Source of the DNA: an uncultured Verrucomicrobiota bacterium
Lineage (GTDB): Bacteria; Verrucomicrobiota; Verrucomicrobiia; Limisphaerales; UBA1096
Assembly: GCA_913030945.1 (NCBI GenBank)
Contig: CAJWEP010000001.1
Location: 1 to 58,140, forward strand
Length of the DNA stretch: 58,140 bases
Direction of reading: 5' to 3'
Shown: positions 52,550 through 58,140 of the stretch, piece by piece
Layout: each line of letters begins with the position of its first letter
Numbering within the stretch: position 1 is the first letter of the stretch
Made by a program: the position numbers and the translations under genes
The notes under the pieces: model-generated
What the model saw: only the letters and a program-made list of their open reading frames with translations
The model's database searches: none
Told to the model about the DNA's origin: nothing

Positions 52550-54820
52550 ATGGGGCATGTCTTTATAACCAAAACGCGATTTCTTCATGCACAACCGAGA
52601 TGCTTTTACCGAGCATTAGCCTTGGCTTTTGGTGTGGTCCTTGGCCAAGCGTTGGCGGCTGAGATTCCCAAACCATCAGCGATCTCGCCTGAAAGCCGAG
52701 GCACATTTCGAGGTCGGCCCACCGTAAAGGCAGTGCGCGTCGACCAAGCCCCTGACATCGACGGCCATCTCATTGACGAACCATGGCACTTGGCCAAGCC
52801 GGCCGGTGAGTTTCTTCAAAAGGAACCCAAGGAGAATGTGCCACACTCTCAACAAACGGAATTCCGGGTCCTCTTCGACGACGATGCATTGTACATCGGC
52901 GTGTGGTGCTTCGACACCGAGTCTGATCGCCTTGTTGCGCTCAACATGGAAAGGGATGGTCATATGCGTTTTGAGGATGTGGTGATGATTACCCTGGACA
53001 CCTTTTTGGATCATCGGAACGGCTACCAATTTTCGGTCAACACGAACGGAGCGCGCGGCGATGCCACGATCAGTAACAACACCTCCGTTAGCTCCGAGTG
53101 GGACGGGGCATGGATGGCAAAAAGCAGGCGACATGTCTGGGGATGGAGCACCGAGATCTCTATTCCGTTCAAGACCATTAGTTTTGACGAAACCACCGAC
53201 ACTTGGGGATTCAACATCTACCGCAACATCGGACGTTCTAATGAAAGCGCTTTGTGGGCCAACTCGCGCGCCTCAGTCCGAGGCTATCATGTGTCCGAAT
53301 GCGGTGACCTGACCGGATTGCACGGGCTCAGGCAGGGGCTTGGTCTGGACATTACGCCATATGCGACGGGTAAATACCGCAAGGACTACGACGCAAAGGA
53401 CTCGGATTTGCTTGGGGACTTTGGTTTCGATGTCCGGTACCGGCTCACTCCCAGCCTGACCGCCCTTGCCAGCGTCAACACCGATTTCGCGGAGACGGAA
53501 ATAGATAGACGTCAGGTTAATTTAACTCGTTACCCCTTGTTTTTCCCCGAGAAACGTCAGTTTTTCCTCGAAGACTCCGGCATCTTCGGTTTCGGCGGCG
53601 GGGAATCGTCCAGACGCCGATCACGGGATTCGTCGGACACACTGTTGATGCCGTTTTTCAGTCGTCGAATCGGCCTGAGCAGTAAAGGACAAATCATGCC
53701 GATACACTTTGCAGGAAAGCTTACCGGCCGTATTAAGGATTATAACATCGGCCTGCTTGATGCCGTGCTCGACGGGGAAGACGGCCTGCGAAATGCTTTT
53801 GTTGGCCGGGTTAGCCGCAACCTTTTCGAGCAGTCATCCGTTGGCTTCCTGACCACCATTGGTGATCCCGACTCGGATGAAATGAACTCGGTCACAGGTC
53901 TCGACTTCCAGTATCGAAACAGCAACTTCTTGGATGGACGCACCTTTGAGGCCAACCTGTTTGCGCTTGGTTCCAGTTCGGAGGACTTGGGTGGACTGGA
54001 GCCGGCCTGGGGTGCCAGTACAAAACTGTACGACCGCAACATCGACCTCTCAGCCAGCGCAATGGAGATCGGCGATGATTTCAATCCGGCCATAGGGTTT
54101 GTTCGGCGCCGGGGCACTCGTCGGTACATGGTCGAGGCGGATTTTACAACCTACCACGACAACATCAGTTGGTTGCGGAACACACGCCATGGCTACGAGG
54201 CGGAACTCTACACCGACCTTGGAAACGACGTTGTGAATACCAAACAGTCGTTCGATCTAGTTTCACTCTATCTCAAGAGCCAAGACTATATATCGCTAAA
54301 GATGTCGCACTTGACGGATCGGCCCGCTGATGATTTTGAAATCTCCGACGGTTCGATCATCCCTGCCGGAGATTACGAATGGTGGGATGTTCGGTTGTTA
54401 GGCTATTTGGGCATGAACCGATTACTGTTTCTTAGGCCCATGTACAGGGTCGGCGGCTTTTACGATGGCACGAGACAACAGATCGAGCTTGAAACACGTT
54501 ATATCCCATGGCCCAAGCTCCGTTTAAGCGTTGATTACTCCCTGAACCTGATCGATTGGGAGCAGTTTGAGGATTCCACCATCAATGTCATCTCAGGAAT
54601 GGTCCAGTATAGCTTCACACCAGATTTGGTCCTATCGAACCTCATCCAGTACGATGACATCTCGAACTCTATGGGTGTCAACAGTCGCCTTCAGTGGGAG
54701 TACAAGCCGGGCGCGAAGATGTTTTTCGTGGTGAACCAGGGCTACGTGGACGAGATGACCGGCTTCGTGATAAAAGACTTCGAAGTCGTGGCCAAAATCG
54801 GGGCGCTGTTCCGCTTTTAG
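52550..54820 (+). CDS. Secreted CBM9-like plus DUF5916-type beta-barrel protein (tandem paralog B)
   Basis: Collinear with 50299..52530 along the whole length, with high identity at protein and DNA level; for example 'DLLGDFGFDVRYRLTPSLTALAS', 'RYPLFFPEKRQFFLEDSGIFGFGGGESSRRRS' and 'RLQWEYKPGAKMFFVVNQGYVDEMTGFVIKD' are identical. Confidence 0.65.
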   Translation: MGHVFITKTRFLHAQPRCFYRALALAFGVVLGQALAAEIPKPSAISPESRGTFRGRPTVKAVRVDQAPDIDGHLIDEPWHLAKPAGEFLQKEPKENVPHSQQTEFRVLFDDDALYIGVWCFDTESDRLVALNMERDGHMRFEDVVMITLDTFLDHRNGYQFSVNTNGARGDATISNNTSVSSEWDGAWMAKSRRHVWGWSTEISIPFKTISFDETTDTWGFNIYRNIGRSNESALWANSRASVRGYHVSECGDLTGLHGLRQGLGLDITPYATGKYRKDYDAKDSDLLGDFGFDVRYRLTPSLTALASVNTDFAETEIDRRQVNLTRYPLFFPEKRQFFLEDSGIFGFGGGESSRRRSRDSSDTLLMPFFSRRIGLSSKGQIMPIHFAGKLTGRIKDYNIGLLDAVLDGEDGLRNAFVGRVSRNLFEQSSVGFLTTIGDPDSDEMNSVTGLDFQYRNSNFLDGRTFEANLFALGSSSEDLGGLEPAWGASTKLYDRNIDLSASAMEIGDDFNPAIGFVRRRGTRRYMVEADFTTYHDNISWLRNTRHGYEAELYTDLGNDVVNTKQSFDLVSLYLKSQDYISLKMSHLTDRPADDFEISDGSIIPAGDYEWWDVRLLGYLGMNRLLFLRPMYRVGGFYDGTRQQIELETRYIPWPKLRLSVDYSLNLIDWEQFEDSTINVISGMVQYSFTPDLVLSNLIQYDDISNSMGVNSRLQWEYKPGAKMFFVVNQGYVDEMTGFVIKDFEVVAKIGALFRF

Positions 54821-54865
54821 CGGCTTTCCGCTCGAACCCTGCTCCGCCACCACCCACAATGCGGT

Positions 54866-55945
54866 GTGCACTTGACCAAGCTCAAACTGCGTGACTTCCG
54901 GAATATTCGGCAGCTCGATGCAGCTTTCGAGCCGGGATTTCAGGTGCTGCTTGGCCGCAACGCGCAGGGCAAAACCAACCTGCTCGAGGCCGTTTACCTG
55001 CTGGCCACGCTCCGCTCGTTCCGCGGTGTCGGCAACGCACAGATTATCCGGCACGAGCAAAAAGCCTTTTTCGCCGGCGGACTCGCGCTTGGCCAGGCAG
55101 AGAGCGAAATCCGCTACTACTGGTCCCCTGACCAGCGCAAACTCACCGTCAACGAAAAGCCGATGCGCCGCATTACCGATTACCTCGGCACGCTTCGCAC
55201 CGTTGTCTTTTGTGCGGAGGATTCACTGCTGGTTAACGGGCCGGCAAAGTCTCGCCGACGTTTCCTCGACCTGCTACTGACGCAGACTCGGCCCGGCTAC
55301 CTCGAGTTGCTGCACCGCTACACCGAGGCGCTGCGCTCGCGCAACGCGCTGCTCAAGCGCGATTCGCCCGACCCCGCGCTGATCGACAGCTTCACCCGCG
55401 AGCTTGTCGCCAACGGCGAGAAGCTCATCGTCGCCCGGCGTGACCTCGTCAAAAAACTCTCGCCAATCATCCGGCTGGGTTACCGAAAAATCGCGGTCAA
55501 GCCGGAGGATGCAGACATCACCTACGCGCCAAGTGTACGTGAGGATCTCGCGGTAAGCCTGGCCAAGTCGAGAGCTCGCGAGCAGCGACACCGCACGACA
55601 CTGGTCGGACCACACCGCGACGAACTCAAACTGGCGCTCGACGGCCAGTCGGCGGCGCAGTACGCCAGCGAAGGGCAAAAGCGCACCTTTGCCATCGCGC
55701 TGAAAATGGCGCAGGCCGAGTACCTCGGCAGCATTCATGGCTCGCCGCCGATCCTGTTGATCGACGACGTGATGGGGGAACTGGACGCCGGGCGCCGGGC
55801 CGGCCTGATGCCACTGATCAGCCGCACCGGCCAGGCGCTTGGCCAGGTGTTTATGACCTGCACCGAGGAAAACTGGCCAGGCGAACTTTCCGGCAATCTC
55901 CACCGCTGGCAAATCGAGCAGGGTAGCCTGAAGAGAATGAATTGA
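54866..55945 (+). CDS. recF: DNA replication/repair protein RecF
   Basis: 'LKLRDFRNI....GFQVLLGRNAQGKTNLLEAVYLLATLRSFRG' (Walker A), 'ASEGQKRTFAIALKMAQ' (signature), 'PILLIDDVMGELD' (Walker B). Confidence 0.85.
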   Translation: MHLTKLKLRDFRNIRQLDAAFEPGFQVLLGRNAQGKTNLLEAVYLLATLRSFRGVGNAQIIRHEQKAFFAGGLALGQAESEIRYYWSPDQRKLTVNEKPMRRITDYLGTLRTVVFCAEDSLLVNGPAKSRRRFLDLLLTQTRPGYLELLHRYTEALRSRNALLKRDSPDPALIDSFTRELVANGEKLIVARRDLVKKLSPIIRLGYRKIAVKPEDADITYAPSVREDLAVSLAKSRAREQRHRTTLVGPHRDELKLALDGQSAAQYASEGQKRTFAIALKMAQAEYLGSIHGSPPILLIDDVMGELDAGRRAGLMPLISRTGQALGQVFMTCTEENWPGELSGNLHRWQIEQGSLKRMN

Positions 55946-55972
55946 GCCGCCGCCTGGCCAGGCGCTGTCGGG

Positions 55973-56638
55973 TCATTCGGAGAAAAGGCGGCCGAAGAGT
56001 TTGTTGAGCAGCACCTTCCAGGTAACCTTGGTGGCGATTCGGTCGAAGAGCGAGCGCAGGTCGCTGAGTTTCTCAACGTCCTTCACGGTGTAGTCCTCGA
56101 TGTTGATATTGACGTCGCGGGATTTCCCGGCGTCGGCGAGATGGGTGAACTTCAGCCGCTCCCACGAGAAGGTCAGGGTGTCAATGGTGAAGTAGAGCGG
56201 TGACTCACCGAGCGCGTGCTGGGCCGACGACTTGGCCACGGCGTCCGGCAGCGAGATGAGGTTGCGCTCGCCTCCCTTGGTTTCCACGAGATTGAACTCG
56301 GTGATGCCGATGCGCACCAGCCGGAAATGCGGCTTGAGCTTGCGCCGCACGTTCATCAACTCCGAGAAGTCGCAGTCGATGAACAGGTCGTCGATCTTGA
56401 GCATCGGCGCGCCGCCGTACTCGGGCAGATTCCAGATGGTTACGTCGTAGGCGGAGACGGTGGAGTTGAGCGGAAAACCGATCTCGAGCTGGCCGATCCT
56501 GGCATCCATCCCCTGCTCGCGAAACTCGCTGACGATCCACCACTTGGCCAGGGCGTCCTTGGTGAGGAATAGCCCGATTGCGACAACCAGTAACAAGATG
56601 AGCAGGCGAAACGCCCAGCGGAACAAAAACCGCATCAA
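55973..56638 (-). CDS. Hypothetical N-terminally membrane-anchored protein
   Basis: 221-aa ORF with the single TM 'LLILLLVVAIGLFL'. The frame is coding-like, but no family was recognised. Confidence 0.45.
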   Translation of the reverse strand: MMRFLFRWAFRLLILLLVVAIGLFLTKDALAKWWIVSEFREQGMDARIGQLEIGFPLNSTVSAYDVTIWNLPEYGGAPMLKIDDLFIDCDFSELMNVRRKLKPHFRLVRIGITEFNLVETKGGERNLISLPDAVAKSSAQHALGESPLYFTIDTLTFSWERLKFTHLADAGKSRDVNINIEDYTVKDVEKLSDLRSLFDRIATKVTWKVLLNKLFGRLFSE

Positions 56639-56683
56639 GCGGACTTACCAAAAGCCGGCCCGACTGACAACGCGAAATACGGC

Positions 56684-58140
56684 TCAAGCCGGGCCGGGCT
56701 CAACAAACTGGAGCACCTCGCGATGGTTGAGCTTGCCGGTGCCGAGTTTGGGCAACTCATCCATCACCCGCAGGTCTCGCGGCACGCAGAGGTTGGTCAT
56801 TCCCGCCGCAGCGATGGCCTTGCGAATCTCGGCCAGTTTCAGTCTCGGCTCGTTGGTCACAGCGACGAGTTTCTCCCCCTTGTCAGCGTCCGGCAACGCC
56901 ACAACCGCCACCTCGCATTCCTCGCCGTGCTGCGGGAACGCGCCGGCCAGCGCATCCTCCACCGCCGTCAGGCTCACCATCTCGCCACTGACCTTGGCGA
57001 AGCGCTTGGCCCGGCCTCGAACCCAGAAGTAGCCGTCGGCATCGACGTGGATGATGTCGCCGGTGTCATACCAGCCGCCGAGCGCCTGGAACGCCTCGTT
57101 GGCGTCGGCGTTGAGGTAACCCTTCATCACGTTAGGGCCACGGACGAACAGACGACCAGCATCCGCCACGCCATCGATTGCCTCGAGCTTCCACTCGATG
57201 CCCGGCAACAGCCTACCCACGGAGCCAAACCGGTTGTCGGCCTTGGTGTTGGCGCATATCGCCGGGGCGCACTCGGTCACGCCATACGCTTCCGTGATAC
57301 GAACGCCAAACTTTCGCGCCCATGTGTCAGCCGTGGCCTGCTGCAGCTTCTCCGCGCCGGCGAGCAGGTAGCGCAGGTTGCGGAAATCGTACGGATGCGC
57401 CTTACGCGCGTAGCCGTTAAGGAACGTGTTCGTGCTGAGAAACATCGTTGCGTTGGAGTTATACACAGCGGTCGGGATCTGCCGGTACTGCAGGGGTGAC
57501 GGAAACACGGTGGTACGAATTCCCCGGCACAACGGCAGCAGCGTGCCGACAACCAGGCCGAAGCTGTGAAACATCGGCAGGCAGTTGAAGAGGCTGTCGG
57601 TGTCCATCACGTCCACGGCGGCAAACAACTGCCGCAAATTGGCAAGAATGTTGCGGTGCGTCAGCTCGACCCCCTTGGGCACGCCCTCCGAGCCGCTGGT
57701 AAAGAGAATGACCGCCGTCCGATCGGATGGGATGTTGAACCGCGCCTGGCCAAGCGCCAGCCGGTGCCGGAGGAACACAGCCAGCTTGGCCAAGCGGGAA
57801 ACCTGTTTCCGGATGTCCTCGAGATAGATGAACTCGATGCCGGTCGCCTCCATCGGAGCCACGTCCAGCTTGGCCTTGGCCAGAAACACACGCGACGTGA
57901 TGACCTGCCTCACCCCGGCCAACTCGGAACAGGTGAGCATCAGCGGTACGCCGCTGGAGTAGTTAAGCACGGCGGGGATCATGCCGATGCGCCACAGGGC
58001 AAGAACTGTGATCGCCGTGCCGTTCACATTGGGCAGCAGCACGCCCACCCGCTCCCGTCCCGGATCGAGCAGTCGCCGGAACCGCCCGTCCAGCACTTCC
58101 GCTCCAACCATCACCATGCGGTGCCGGAGCGCCTGGCCGG
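56684..58140 (-). CDS. AMP-dependent acyl-CoA/acyl-ACP synthetase (adenylate-forming, Aas-like), 5' end probably outside the window
   Basis: 'ILFTSGSEGVPKGVELTHRNI' (A3 core), 'YGVTECAP', 'WYDTGDI', 'GRAKRFAKVSGEMV'. The reading frame stays open from ATG 58117 to the window edge. Confidence 0.8.
   Translation of the reverse strand, partial: GQALRHRMVMVGAEVLDGRFRRLLDPGRERVGVLLPNVNGTAITVLALWRIGMIPAVLNYSSGVPLMLTCSELAGVRQVITSRVFLAKAKLDVAPMEATGIEFIYLEDIRKQVSRLAKLAVFLRHRLALGQARFNIPSDRTAVILFTSGSEGVPKGVELTHRNILANLRQLFAAVDVMDTDSLFNCLPMFHSFGLVVGTLLPLCRGIRTTVFPSPLQYRQIPTAVYNSNATMFLSTNTFLNGYARKAHPYDFRNLRYLLAGAEKLQQATADTWARKFGVRITEAYGVTECAPAICANTKADNRFGSVGRLLPGIEWKLEAIDGVADAGRLFVRGPNVMKGYLNADANEAFQALGGWYDTGDIIHVDADGYFWVRGRAKRFAKVSGEMVSLTAVEDALAGAFPQHGEECEVAVVALPDADKGEKLVAVTNEPRLKLAEIRKAIAAAGMTNLCVPRDLRVMDELPKLGTGKLNHREVLQFVEPGPA

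Overview
58.1-kb chromosomal window from a GC-rich bacterium. By inference it belongs to the PVC group (Verrucomicrobiota or Planctomycetota): two DUF1559 'H-X9-DG' pseudopilin-like genes, three sulfatases, DUF1080, CBM9-like proteins and ankyrin lipoproteins with 'MKHLLLTTIAA..LVGC' signal peptides. I call about 50 protein genes. I found no rRNA, tRNA, CRISPR array, transposase or integrase. Recognisable content: glycan and sulfate-ester catabolism (3 sulfatases, GH32, BNR/sialidase-like, DUF1080, amidohydrolase-CBM9, two tandem CBM9/DUF5916 proteins); a TetR-controlled OMF-MFP-RND efflux operon; housekeeping genes (radC, lpxA, panB, moaC, KamA-family radical SAM, ispH, aroE, dusB, UbiD-family, recF, UvrA-family, SRAP, M42 peptidase); and an AT-richer island (about 28.96-34.4 kb) carrying a tandem array of small lipoprotein and ankyrin cassettes plus an Ig-domain protein. 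Three things stand out. (1) A highly iterated palindrome, CTTGGCCAAG (core of CGCTTGGCCAAGCG), occurs 29 times exactly by my count, against well under one copy expected. It is concentrated at gene boundaries, is read only as L-A-K or L-G-Q inside genes, and is absent from the AT-rich island. (2) The lipoprotein cassette array has a conserved DNA junction (a '...GEELKAEGK*' tail fused by ATGA/GTGA to the 'MKHLL..' signal peptide of the next gene) and decayed junction remnants at its borders, suggesting cassette turnover and possibly a poly-immunity locus. (3) Several atypical proteins: a CheY-like pseudo-receiver lacking D13, D57 and K109; a signal-peptide EF-hand protein fused to a PEP/pyruvate-binding (PPDK_N) ATP-grasp domain; and paralogous membrane proteins next to the KamA-family gene. 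Many long ORFs in the six-frame track are antisense or alternate-frame artefacts of high GC and are rejected.
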